A DNA stretch of 64,000 bases from an uncultured Chloroflexia bacterium (GTDB taxonomy: Bacteria; Chloroflexota; Limnocylindria; Limnocylindrales; CSP1-4). The number at the start of each line of letters is the position of its first letter. Within the stretch, counting starts at the first letter, position 1. The position numbers were made by a program, and so were the translations under genes. The stretch is taken from positions 352,001-416,000 of the forward strand of contig CAWFXA010000003.1 of the NCBI GenBank assembly GCA_963819655.1, read 5' to 3'. The notes under the pieces are model-generated. The model made no database searches and was not told the DNA's origin. It saw only the letters and a list, made by a program, of their open reading frames with translations. Positions 1 to 8,938 of this stretch are shown one piece after another.

Positions 1-141
1 GTCCAACCACGCCGGCATCCCGGCATAGGCCGCTTCGCGCGGCGGGATGACCGCGTGATGGACGACCCCACGCGCCAGCGAGGGCTCGTCGAGGAGGCGC
101 TCGAGGACCGTCGAGGGGTCGGCGGGGGCGTAGGTGCGCAT
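1..141 (-). CDS. N-terminus (partial, runs off window) of a DEAD/DEAH-box helicase, MrfA/YprA(SftH)-like
   Basis: Reverse strand from ATG 141 reads MRTYAPADPSTVLERLLDEPSLARGVVHHAVIPPREAAYAGMPAWLD, resembling the VHH..IP.R.A.Y...P.WL N-terminus of DUF1998-type helicases; SOS-box-like site just upstream. Confidence 0.6.
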   Translation of the reverse strand, partial: MRTYAPADPSTVLERLLDEPSLARGVVHHAVIPPREAAYAGMPAWLD

Positions 142-162
142 CGACGCGACTCCGGCTGTATC

Positions 163-176
163 AGAACGGATGTTCG
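163..176. promoter_or_regulatory. LexA (SOS) box, Gram-positive/Chloroflexi type
   Basis: aGAAC-ggat-GTTCg matches GAAC-N4-GTTC, 21 nt upstream of the putative repair helicase start. Confidence 0.65.
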
Positions 177-214
177 GAATTGTTGGCAGTCTAGAGGGAG
201 CGTCAAGTGCAGGA

Positions 215-233
215 GTGACAGGTTGGCTGTCAC
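215..233. promoter_or_regulatory. Perfect 7-5-7 palindrome, candidate operator in divergent promoter region
   Basis: GTGACAG-gttgg-CTGTCAC, 10 nt upstream of a TTGACA -35. Confidence 0.4.
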
Positions 234-243
234 GACGGCTCGG

Positions 244-273
244 TTGACACCGCAGCTACTCGTCAGCTACGCT
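244..273 (+). promoter_or_regulatory. Sigma70-type promoter for a leaderless transcript
   Basis: TTGACA (244-249), 18 nt spacer, TACGCT (268-273), ATG 7 nt later, no SD. Confidence 0.6.
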
Positions 274-280
274 CCCGGCG

Positions 281-781
281 ATGTCGCGCCCCCACGTCCC
301 CGACGCGCCCGATTCCGAACCCGACGAGCTCCTCGACACGGCCGCGTCCGAACCGGGACGGGCAGTGGCCGTCGACCTTTCCTCGCTGCCGATCGTCGGG
401 CTGACCCGGCGGCGGATGGCCCTCCTGGTCGGCGCGTTGTTGGCCGTGTGGATCCTGATCACGTTTGCCCGCCAGGTCGCCGAGGCGTCCGAATCGGTGA
501 CGCGTGCCGAGGACATCGCGACCGGCAACGCGATCATTCGGCTCGAGGTTGCCGCGATGGAGCGCGAGCTCGAGGCGATCGGGCGGCAGCGCTTCATCGA
601 GCAGCAGGCGCGCGGATACGGGGTCGGGAACTCGCACGAGACCCCGTTCGCGCTGGCGCCGGACGCCCCTCCGCTGGCAGCCGATGCGCCGGGCTCGGCC
701 GCGGTTCGCGTCGGGGCTGACATCGAGGACGTGTCGCCTTTCGAGCGCTGGCTCACGGTGCTGTTCGGGCCGTCGGTCTGA
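281..781 (+). CDS. Septum formation initiator family (FtsB/DivIC/FtsL-like) bitopic coiled-coil protein
   Basis: RRR + single TM + coiled coil ending FIEQQARGYG..ETPF. Confidence 0.65.
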   Translation: MSRPHVPDAPDSEPDELLDTAASEPGRAVAVDLSSLPIVGLTRRRMALLVGALLAVWILITFARQVAEASESVTRAEDIATGNAIIRLEVAAMERELEAIGRQRFIEQQARGYGVGNSHETPFALAPDAPPLAADAPGSAAVRVGADIEDVSPFERWLTVLFGPSV

Positions 782-821
782 CCGGCCGGGTCCACGGCGC
801 GCGTGCGGCCCGTGCCATGGT

Positions 822-1036
822 TTCCTGCCAGATACTCGTGTGGTGAGCCTTGGTCCAAGACCGCGCCTGTGTGGAGCCGCGTCCCTTGAATATCGATGCA
901 CCTGGCCCCGTTTCATGCACCTGTCCCGCGCGACTCCGCCGCGAACAATTCGCACTAGTGCATAGCCATCCATCCTCGGCCGCCAAGCGAGGGCGCGAAG
1001 ATGCCTAAGAACCAGCAGGCGAGTACTTGGCAGGAA
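822..1036. repeat. 215-bp segment bounded by 17-bp imperfect inverted repeats (REP/MITE-like)
   Basis: TTCCTGCCAGATACTCG (822-838) vs CGAGTACTTGGCAGGAA (1020-1036), 15/17 complementary; same core motif recurs at 11.67-11.95 kb. Confidence 0.55.
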
Positions 1037-1186
1037 GTAAGCTGCCCGTTCGGCGTGCCCGGCTTGGGCAGAGCCGGCGCTCAACCGATTTCGATCTGGG
1101 TCAGCCAGTCCTTCGTTTCGGAGGATCGACACGCCTCGGAGGAAGTCTGCGAATTGGCGCCCCAGCCGGTCGACCGCAGCGGATGA
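1001..1186 (+). CDS. Possible 61-aa hypothetical protein
   Basis: GAGGG upstream and ATGA overlap with carbonic anhydrase start; however it overlaps the inverted repeat and has no recognisable motif. Confidence 0.25.
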   Translation: MPKNQQASTWQEVSCPFGVPGLGRAGAQPISIWVSQSFVSEDRHASEEVCELAPQPVDRSG

Positions 1187-1698
1187 CCGAAGCCGACCGG
1201 AGCAGCGAGTACGCCCGCCTCCTGGCGGAGAACCGCCGCTACACGGACGCGTTCGATCGATCCGCGCTGACCGCTGCACCGCTGTCGCGGCTGGTCATCG
1301 TCGCGTGCATGGACGCGCGGCTCGATGTCGAGGAGTCGCTCGGCCTGCGCACCGGGGACGCACACATCATCCGCAACGCGGGCGGTCTCGTGACCGAAGA
1401 CGTCATCCGCTCGCTGATCGTGAGCATGGAGCTGCTCGGCACCGAGGAGATCGTCGTCATCGAGCACACGGGCTGCGGTCTCGACGGCGTCGACGAACCG
1501 GCGCTCCGGACACGCGTGGCCGAGAACACCGGATTGCCGCTCGACGAGGTGCCGACCACCTTCGGCGGCTTCGGCGACCTCGAGGGGAACGTGCGGGCCC
1601 AGGTCGCCATCCTGCGCGCCCATCCGCTTCTGCGGCCCGTGCCCGTGCACGGTCTCGTGTTCGACGTCTCGACCGGTCGGCTGTACGAGGTGGCGTGA
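1183..1698 (+). CDS. Beta-class carbonic anhydrase
   Basis: C-M-D-A-R, RNAGG and H-T-G-C zinc ligands; start reassigned to ATG 1183. Confidence 0.92.
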   Translation: MTEADRSSEYARLLAENRRYTDAFDRSALTAAPLSRLVIVACMDARLDVEESLGLRTGDAHIIRNAGGLVTEDVIRSLIVSMELLGTEEIVVIEHTGCGLDGVDEPALRTRVAENTGLPLDEVPTTFGGFGDLEGNVRAQVAILRAHPLLRPVPVHGLVFDVSTGRLYEVA

Positions 1699-1823
1699 AC
1701 GGGCGGTCGTCCAGAACGGCAATCGATGCAGGTGCAAGGTCGAGCCCTGACCGTGCGAGACTGGCGGGGCCAAGCCGCGCGTATCCTGCCCGGACGTACG
1801 CGTTCTGAAGGGACCCCCAGCTC

Positions 1824-2732
1824 ATGAAGTGGAAGCGCAATACGGGCTTCGATCAGATCGAGGACCGCCGCGGTCAGTCGAGTGGTGGCGGGCTCGGCGA
1901 CGTCCTGGGTGGCGGTGGGGGTGGAAGCGGCATCCCGATCCCGATCCCGGGCGGCAAGGCCGGCGGCGGGCTCGGTGGCATCATCGTGATCGTCGTCCTG
2001 TTCCTGCTGTTCAGCGGCGTACTGGGTAGCAGCGGCGGCATCCCCGGCCTGGGCGGGCTGTCGGGTGGGGGTGGCCCGGTGGAACCGGGCGGCACGCTCA
2101 ACCCGCAAAGCGAGACCGACGAGCAGCTGGCCTACATCGTGTCGAACATCCAGGCGTTCTGGGCGACCACGTTCAGCGCGTCGGGCCGCCAGTACCCGGA
2201 GACCAAGCTCGTGTTGTTCGATGGAGCCACGCAGTCCGCGTGCGGTCCCGCATCCTCGGCGACCGGGCCGTTCTACTGCCCGGCCGACCAGAAGGTGTAT
2301 CTGGACCTCGGCTTCTTCGATGAGCTGAAGTCGCGCTTCGGCGCGTCGGGCGGCGACTTCGCAGTGGCGTACGTCGTGGCGCACGAGTTCGGTCACCACA
2401 TCCAGACCGTGCTCGGCATCGCGGAGAACGTCCAGGAGCTGTCTGCCCAGGATCCGGGCCGCCGCAACGACCTCTCGGTCCGGATGGAGCTGCAGGCCGA
2501 CTGCCTCGCGGGTGTGTGGGCGAATTCGGCGCAAAGCGACCTCGAATCGGGCGACATCGACGAGGCCCTCAGCGCAGCGTCGGCGGTCGGCGACGACCGG
2601 ATCCAGGAATCGACCACCGGACGGATCGAACCGGAGAGTTGGACACACGGCTCGGCCGAACAGCGCGTCGCGTGGTTCACGACGGGCTACCGAAGCGGCA
2701 ACCCGGACGACTGCGACACGTTCGCGCAGTAG
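1824..2732 (+). CDS. Neutral zinc metallopeptidase (YpfJ-like), membrane anchored
   Basis: MKW...IEDRRG N-terminus, GPFYCPAD, AHEFGHH, ELQADCLAG, THGS. Confidence 0.9.
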   Translation: MKWKRNTGFDQIEDRRGQSSGGGLGDVLGGGGGGSGIPIPIPGGKAGGGLGGIIVIVVLFLLFSGVLGSSGGIPGLGGLSGGGGPVEPGGTLNPQSETDEQLAYIVSNIQAFWATTFSASGRQYPETKLVLFDGATQSACGPASSATGPFYCPADQKVYLDLGFFDELKSRFGASGGDFAVAYVVAHEFGHHIQTVLGIAENVQELSAQDPGRRNDLSVRMELQADCLAGVWANSAQSDLESGDIDEALSAASAVGDDRIQESTTGRIEPESWTHGSAEQRVAWFTTGYRSGNPDDCDTFAQ

Positions 2733-2833
2733 GGTCGCCCGCAGTCTTTAGGCCCAACGACCCCCTTTCCACCGCGACGCGCGTGTCGTAGGCTCCCACC
2801 TCGACGCCGGGACCGGCCCCGCGTCCACTCGGG

Positions 2834-4648
2834 GTGATCACGATGGCCGCCACACAACCCGTCGCGACGGAACGCCGCGTCCTCCACCTCTGGCGACCGG
2901 GTCGGGTGACACGCCGGTTCGTGATCGGATCGCTGTTCGGCGTCCTCGTGGTGCTTGGCGCGTTGGCAGCGTTCGGTCAGTCGTACGCGGGCCGGGTCCT
3001 GCCAGGGATCGTGCTCGGTGGCGTCGACATCGGTGGCATGACCGAGCACGAGGCCCGGCTGGCGCTCGATGCCGCGCTCGGCGGGCTCGAGGAGGGCCAG
3101 ATCGAGCTCGTCTCGAGCCGGACCACCGCCGTGATCCCGTACGCCGATGTCAGCCGCGTGATCGACGACGAGGGGATGCTCGCCGGCGCCCTTGGGCACG
3201 GTCGGGACGGCACGAAGCTGGAAGAGGCCGTCGCCGGGATCCGCGGTCTGCTCGAGCCAGTCACGCTGCCGGTCGTCATCGACTACGACCGCGATCGACT
3301 CGCAACCGGGCTTGCCGAGTTCCAGGAGTTGGGCGAGCGGTCGCCCGTCGATGCGAGCGTCGCATTCCAGCGCACGGCATTCATGGCCTTGCCCGCGGCC
3401 GAGGGTGTCACCGTCGACACCACCCGGATCGCCTCGCTGATCGACCAGGCGCTCCTCGACCCAGCGACGCCTTCAGTCGTGCGCGTGGCGGCCGACTCAC
3501 TGCCGATCAGCCCGGCGATCTCGGACGCGGACGCGGCCCGCGCCATCACCGCCGCGGAGCGGATCGCGGCCCCAATCGAGATCACCGCTGGAAAGCGGAC
3601 ATGGTCGATCACCCAGGCGCGTATCGCGTCGTGGATGAGCTTCGTCGGGACGGGCGCCGACTACGGGCCCGTCGTCGACCACGCCGACGCGCCGGCCGCC
3701 CTCAAGTCGATCAAGAAGGCCGTGCTGACCAAACCGCGCGACGCCCAGTACCTGCGCTCGCGATCGGGCGGCATCTTCGGTGTCGCCGCATCGTCGGCCG
3801 GACGCGCGCTCGACGTCGATGCGACGGTCGCCTCGATCATGGCGACCCTCGAGGCCCGCGCAGCCGGGCCGGCTCCGGCCCGGCCGATCAAGGTCGCGAT
3901 GATGGCCGTCGCGCCGGATCTGACCACCGGCGAGGCAACCCGCCGAGCGCCGCTCGTCGAGCGGATCGGCTCGTGGACGACCTACTACCAGCCCGGCCCC
4001 GGGAACGGATTCTCAGCCAACATCACGGTGCCTGCGCGGCGCCTGGACGGCATGGTGGTCAAGCCCGGCCAATCGTTCGACTTCTGGAACGCACTTGGTG
4101 AGATCAGCTTCCGGACGGGCTATCGGATGGGCAACGCCATCGTCGGCGGCCACACGGCCGAGGGCCGGGCACTGGCAGGTGGTATCTGTGCCGCCTCGAC
4201 GACGCTGTTCAACGCCGCCGCCCGTGGTGGCCTGCAGATCACCGCACGGCAGCCGCATTGGTACTACATCAAGCGCTACCCGCTCGGTCTGGACGCGACG
4301 GTGTCGGACTCGCAGACCATGCGCTTCCGGAACGACACGGCGCATCCCGTGCTCATCAAGACGTTCGCCTCGCCGGGCGTCGTCCGGTTCGAGATCTGGA
4401 GCGTCCCCAACGGTCGCACCGTGACCTGGTCGAAGCCACACGTGACGAACGTCGTGCGCGGCTTCGACAGCGTCCGCTACACGTCGGCGCTGGCACCCGG
4501 CCAGACGAAGCGGATCGAGTACCCGGTCGACGGCAAGGACGTGGTCGTCACGCGGACTGTCCGCGACGCCCGGGGTCGCGTCATCAACCGCGACACGTTC
4601 GTGTCGCACTATCACCGAATGGTGGGCATCACCCTCGTGGGTCGCTGA
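2834..4648 (+). CDS. VanW family protein with peptidoglycan-binding repeats
   Basis: N-terminal TM, GRVLPGI..GGVDIGGMT, GGICAASTTLFNAA, GLDATV, FRNDT; G5-like C-terminus. Confidence 0.85.
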   Translation: MITMAATQPVATERRVLHLWRPGRVTRRFVIGSLFGVLVVLGALAAFGQSYAGRVLPGIVLGGVDIGGMTEHEARLALDAALGGLEEGQIELVSSRTTAVIPYADVSRVIDDEGMLAGALGHGRDGTKLEEAVAGIRGLLEPVTLPVVIDYDRDRLATGLAEFQELGERSPVDASVAFQRTAFMALPAAEGVTVDTTRIASLIDQALLDPATPSVVRVAADSLPISPAISDADAARAITAAERIAAPIEITAGKRTWSITQARIASWMSFVGTGADYGPVVDHADAPAALKSIKKAVLTKPRDAQYLRSRSGGIFGVAASSAGRALDVDATVASIMATLEARAAGPAPARPIKVAMMAVAPDLTTGEATRRAPLVERIGSWTTYYQPGPGNGFSANITVPARRLDGMVVKPGQSFDFWNALGEISFRTGYRMGNAIVGGHTAEGRALAGGICAASTTLFNAAARGGLQITARQPHWYYIKRYPLGLDATVSDSQTMRFRNDTAHPVLIKTFASPGVVRFEIWSVPNGRTVTWSKPHVTNVVRGFDSVRYTSALAPGQTKRIEYPVDGKDVVVTRTVRDARGRVINRDTFVSHYHRMVGITLVGR

Positions 4649-4661
4649 ACGGCGCCTTCGC

Positions 4662-5441
4662 TCAGGAGGGCTCCGAAGTCGGCGTTGGCGCAAGCGTGGG
4701 CAACGCGAACTCGGTTGCGATCTTATCTCGCAGGCTGAGGATCCTGTCGACGACCGGGGCATGATCTGCGCCTTCGGCCACGGTTTCCAACATCGCCGTG
4801 AGCTCGTCGACATACAGTCTCAGCGTGCCGTCCTGGTCGAGCGCCGACATATTCTGCGTGACCCACTCAGACTCGTCGATGGCCCACTGCGCCGTCAGGA
4901 GCTCGTCATCCGTGACCGCGAGTTCTGCCAAAGCATCGATGCGACCGATGATCCGCGTGGCAAGGGACGGATCTCTTGTTGGACTCGGCGCGTCCGAGGT
5001 CGAGTCGGTCGGCGATAGGGTCGACTCAGTGGCCGTGACGTCGAATTCGCCGCTCACCGGCGCCATCTGGCCTGGGCTGGTCCCATACGTCATCCGGTAG
5101 TGGCCGACGTCCAGGTCCGGCAGCGTGCCCCAGACACACGGTGCGGGCTCGGTCACGCTGATCGTCTGACGGGCTTCAACGAGCTCGATCCCATCCTTCT
5201 CGAGCTTGACTGTGACCGTTCCCCCGGTCGGCAATGCCGGCGACATCTCCAGCACGGTTCGGATCGGCACGCCGTGCGGGAAGGTCGAGCCGGTGTCTGT
5301 CAGGGAGCATTCGGAACCGCCCGTGCCAAATCCGACCGACATCATGTCGGGACCGCTCGACCCCGACTGGTCCGTGCAGGCCGCCATGAACGGTGTCCCG
5401 ATGGCCAGGAGCAGGATCGCCAAGGCCGGGAGGCGACGCAC
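4662..5441 (-). CDS. Hypothetical lipoprotein
   Basis: GTG 5441, signal peptide MRRLPALAILLLAIGTPFMAAC, beta-rich domain, S/T/P linker, helical domain. Confidence 0.65.
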   Translation of the reverse strand: MRRLPALAILLLAIGTPFMAACTDQSGSSGPDMMSVGFGTGGSECSLTDTGSTFPHGVPIRTVLEMSPALPTGGTVTVKLEKDGIELVEARQTISVTEPAPCVWGTLPDLDVGHYRMTYGTSPGQMAPVSGEFDVTATESTLSPTDSTSDAPSPTRDPSLATRIIGRIDALAELAVTDDELLTAQWAIDESEWVTQNMSALDQDGTLRLYVDELTAMLETVAEGADHAPVVDRILSLRDKIATEFALPTLAPTPTSEPS

Positions 5442-5500
5442 GACGACAGGGTACTCGGCCGCCCGGCGATCACCGTTGGCCGGATAGAGCGCGCTCGGCG

Positions 5501-6529
5501 CTACGCCACCAGCCGCCCGCTGGCCCGCAGTACGGCCAGCGCATCCACCGTGACCCATGGGTTTGAGCGCCGGGCGCTCGTACCGCCCCAGTCGACGTCG
5601 TCGTTGCCGAGCGCGACCGTCGTCGAATGCTTGTAGTAGCGGGCATCGGCCGGCCAGCCGCCGTCGGGCAGGCGCTTCGACTCGAGCAGATCGAGCGCGT
5701 CCGCGCAGCGCGGATCCCCGATCCGCCCGAGCTCGGCCATCGCCCTGAGGCCGGCGAGCACGTCGTAGTGCCAGTACAACGGGTAGTGGAGCTTCGCGAA
5801 CTCCCGATGGATAAGCCGGCCGGTCGATCGACGCTTGAACAGGTGACGCTCCAGGAAGACATCGACTGCCCGATTGGCCGCCTGTCCCGCCTCGACGTCA
5901 CCGATGTGTGCCGACCACGCGGCGAGCGCCCGCATCGGCGGCAGGGTCTCCATGAACGACGACGTGTCGGCCGTCGGGTCCCGGTCGCAGTTCCAGCCGC
6001 CGTCGGGCCACTGCCAGTGAAGCAGGCGCTCGACCAGGCGGGGCGCTCGATCGTCGACCAGGCCCAGCCGGATGACCGCAAGGAGGGCGTTGCCATGCTG
6101 CGACCCGTGCGCGCGGTACCGTCCGTCCATGAGCGGCATGGCTCGCACCTTGTACGCGTCGGCCTTCGTCGCGACCTCGACGTCGAGGAAGAACAGCGGG
6201 TCGAGCCAGGCGTCGACGACCCGATCGCGGAGCGGCTCGAGCGCCTGATCGCCGGCCGGATAGCCGAGATCGGCGAGGGCGTGGAGCACCCAATGGGCGC
6301 CCTGCCACTTCGCATAGGCCGGCGGCGCATGCTCGGCCGCGGCGCCGACATGCCGCTCGAGCAGTCGACGGACCCGCGGCGACTCGCGAACCTCGGTCTG
6401 GAGCGCCCGCATCGATGGCGACGCGGGTTCCTCGCCCAGGACGTTGACCCTCACCTTCCACCGGATCGACGGCTCCTCCGACGCGAGCAGGTCATCGATG
6501 ATCGCGGTGGGCGTGGTCGATGTGGTCAC
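5501..6529 (-). CDS. Prenyltransferase/squalene-cyclase-repeat (alpha-alpha toroid) hypothetical protein
   Basis: QW-like motifs QWPDGGWNC and RLPDGGWP, YPLYWHYD. Confidence 0.7.
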   Translation of the reverse strand: MTTSTTPTAIIDDLLASEEPSIRWKVRVNVLGEEPASPSMRALQTEVRESPRVRRLLERHVGAAAEHAPPAYAKWQGAHWVLHALADLGYPAGDQALEPLRDRVVDAWLDPLFFLDVEVATKADAYKVRAMPLMDGRYRAHGSQHGNALLAVIRLGLVDDRAPRLVERLLHWQWPDGGWNCDRDPTADTSSFMETLPPMRALAAWSAHIGDVEAGQAANRAVDVFLERHLFKRRSTGRLIHREFAKLHYPLYWHYDVLAGLRAMAELGRIGDPRCADALDLLESKRLPDGGWPADARYYKHSTTVALGNDDVDWGGTSARRSNPWVTVDALAVLRASGRLVA

Positions 6530-6632
6530 GTCGTCAGGGTACGTCGACGGCGAGTGTGCTGAGCCGTACCGTCATGCGCCGCAACAGCAGCGGTTGCCGA
6601 CCCCAACTGTGCTCGGTACCCTTGCAAACCGT

Positions 6633-6707
6633 GGCGGAGTAGCTCAGTGGTAGAGCAGGGGACTCATAAGCCCTTGGTCGGTGGTTCGAATCCGCCCTCC
6701 GCTACCA
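6633..6707 (+). tRNA. tRNA-Met(CAT), probably elongator
   Basis: Cloverleaf with acceptor GGCGGAG/CTCCGCT, D arm GCTC/GAGC, loop CT-CAT-AA, TTCGAAT T-loop, encoded CCA; paired 1-72 and G2-C71/C3-G70 favour elongator Met over fMet or Ile2. Confidence 0.93.
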
Positions 6708-6921
6708 CCTTGTTCAGCCATCGATCCCGTGCCCTTCGAAGCGCGTCAGGGTCGTTTCGATTTCTTGACATTTCCCACCGGCGCCATCCGCTCGCGTCGA
6801 CCGTCCGTAGGGATGATCGCGGGCATGACCTCGGTCAGGGGGTCCGACGAGGCCCCGACGGTATACTCGCGCCACGTGGCGGCGCTCGGTCGTCGCTTCT
6901 CTCACCCCCGGAGGCTCCCTT

Positions 6922-8829
6922 TTGAACCCGAAGTTCTTCCGGAACGGCATCGTGATGCTCGTGCTCGTGGTCGGCACGGCAGCGCTGCTGTTCACCTGGA
7001 TCACCACCACAGGTCAACCCACGAATACCGGCTATTCCGCGTTCCTGGCTGAGGTCAGTGAAGGCAAGATCGCCAAGGTCACCCAGCAGGGCACGACGCT
7101 GACCGTCGAACGCGAAGGTGATACGAAAACGACCTACACGGTCATCGTCCCCACGGTCCTCACCCAGGTCTTCCCCGACATGCTCGCGGCGGCCAAGACG
7201 AAAAACCTGACGTTGCCGGCCGACATCTTCCAGGCGACCCCCGCGCCGGACACGTCGTGGTTGGGCCTGCTGCTCACCGCCGTGCTGCCGTTGCTCATCA
7301 TCGGTGGCTTCATCTTCTTCATGATGAGACAGGCGCAAGGCACCAATAACCAGGCGCTCAGCTTCGGCAAGAGCCGGGCGCGCATGTTCCTGGGCAACAA
7401 GACGGTCGTCACGTTCGCCGACGTGGCCGGCGTGGACGAGGCCAAGACCGAGCTCCAGGAAGTCGTCGAATTCCTGAAGTTCCCCGAGAAATTCAACTCG
7501 CTCGGCGCGCGCATCCCGCGTGGCGTCCTGCTCGTCGGCCCTCCGGGCACCGGCAAGACGCTGATGGCCCGCGCGGTCGCCGGTGAGGCGGGCGTGCCGT
7601 TCTTCAGCATCTCGGGCTCCGAGTTCGTCGAGATGTTCGTCGGCGTCGGCGCGAGTCGCGTCCGCGACCTGTTCGACCAGGCCAAGCGCAACTCGCCGTG
7701 CATCGTCTTCGTCGACGAGATCGACGCGGTCGGGCGCCAGCGCGGCGCCGGCCTCGGCGGCAGTCACGACGAGCGCGAGCAGACGCTCAACCAGATCCTG
7801 GTCGAGATGGACGGCTTCGACACCAACACGAACGTGATCGTCGTCGCGGCCACCAACCGACCGGACGTGCTCGATCCAGCGCTGCTGCGCCCGGGTCGCT
7901 TCGACCGGCAGGTCATCCTCGATCGACCCGACATGCGCGGGCGGGTCGAGATCCTGCGCGTCCATACCAAGGGCAAGCCGCTCGACAAGGCCGTCGACGT
8001 CGAAGGCGTCGCGCGCCAGTCGCCCGGCTTCTCCGGTGCCGACCTCGCCAACCTCGTCAACGAGGCGGCGATCCTGTCGGCGCGACGGAACAAGAAGGTC
8101 ATCGGCATGTCCGAGTTCCAGGAGGCCCTGGAGCGGATCGTGGCCGGCCCGGAGCGCAAGTCGCGCATCATCTCCGACGCGGAGAAGGCGATCATCGCCT
8201 ACCACGAGGGTGGTCACGCGGTCGTCCAGCGGATCCTTCCGAAGTGCGACCCCGTCAGCAAGGTGACGATCATCAGCCGCGGTATGGCCCTCGGCTACAC
8301 GATGGCGTTGCCGCAGGAGGATCGCTACCTCCAGTCGAAGACCGAGTTCGAGGACAAGATCGCCGGGTTGCTCGGTGGCAACGTCGCCGAACGACTCATC
8401 TTCGGCGACACGACGACCGGTGCCAGCAACGACATCGAGAAGGCGACCGACCTCGCGCGGCGCATGGTCACCGAGTTCGGCATGAGCGACAAGCTCGGGC
8501 CGCTGTCCTTCGGGAAGCGGGACGAGCTGGTCTTCCTCGGCCGGGAGATCGGTGAGCAGCGCAACTACAGCGACGAGATCGCGAAGCAGATCGACGAAGA
8601 GGTCCGCGCGATCATCGACAAGGCATACGAGCGGGCGACCGACGTCCTGACGACCCACCGGGATCGACTCGTGGCGCTCGCCGAGAAGCTCGTGGCCGAA
8701 GAGACCGTCGATGCCGAGCAGTTCGAGACGTTGTTCACGGACCTGCCACCGAAGTCCACGGACAGTGGGGTCCCGTCGATCGTCGGCCCCGGGCAGCCGA
8801 TCCCGGAACCCAATCCCCAGCCGGCCTGA
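6922..8829 (+). CDS. ftsH: ATP-dependent zinc metalloprotease FtsH
   Basis: Two TMs, [43 protein letters not shown]; GGAGG SD before TTG. Confidence 0.98.
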   Translation: MNPKFFRNGIVMLVLVVGTAALLFTWITTTGQPTNTGYSAFLAEVSEGKIAKVTQQGTTLTVEREGDTKTTYTVIVPTVLTQVFPDMLAAAKTKNLTLPADIFQATPAPDTSWLGLLLTAVLPLLIIGGFIFFMMRQAQGTNNQALSFGKSRARMFLGNKTVVTFADVAGVDEAKTELQEVVEFLKFPEKFNSLGARIPRGVLLVGPPGTGKTLMARAVAGEAGVPFFSISGSEFVEMFVGVGASRVRDLFDQAKRNSPCIVFVDEIDAVGRQRGAGLGGSHDEREQTLNQILVEMDGFDTNTNVIVVAATNRPDVLDPALLRPGRFDRQVILDRPDMRGRVEILRVHTKGKPLDKAVDVEGVARQSPGFSGADLANLVNEAAILSARRNKKVIGMSEFQEALERIVAGPERKSRIISDAEKAIIAYHEGGHAVVQRILPKCDPVSKVTIISRGMALGYTMALPQEDRYLQSKTEFEDKIAGLLGGNVAERLIFGDTTTGASNDIEKATDLARRMVTEFGMSDKLGPLSFGKRDELVFLGREIGEQRNYSDEIAKQIDEEVRAIIDKAYERATDVLTTHRDRLVALAEKLVAEETVDAEQFETLFTDLPPKSTDSGVPSIVGPGQPIPEPNPQPA

Positions 8830-8855
8830 TCCGGCGCTCCTCTCGAGATCCCGAC

Positions 8856-8885
8856 ACGAGCGGGCCGGTTCGCTGGCCCGCTCGT
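8856..8885 (+). terminator. Strong hairpin after ftsH
   Basis: ACGAGCGGGCCGG-TTCG-CTGGCCCGCTCGT 13-bp stem, weak U tail. Confidence 0.55.
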
Positions 8886-8938
8886 TCGATTCCGGGGGCA
8901 CGGCAGCGGCCTCGGGTGCCCGCCGATAGACTCCCGCC

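Noticed and set aside
2834-4648. Vancomycin resistance locus
   Set aside because: Stand-alone VanW-domain proteins are widespread; no vanHAX or vanRS genes
4662-6707. tRNA-anchored genomic island
   Set aside because: The two minus-strand genes lie 5' of the tRNA; no integrase and no duplicated tRNA 3' end seen
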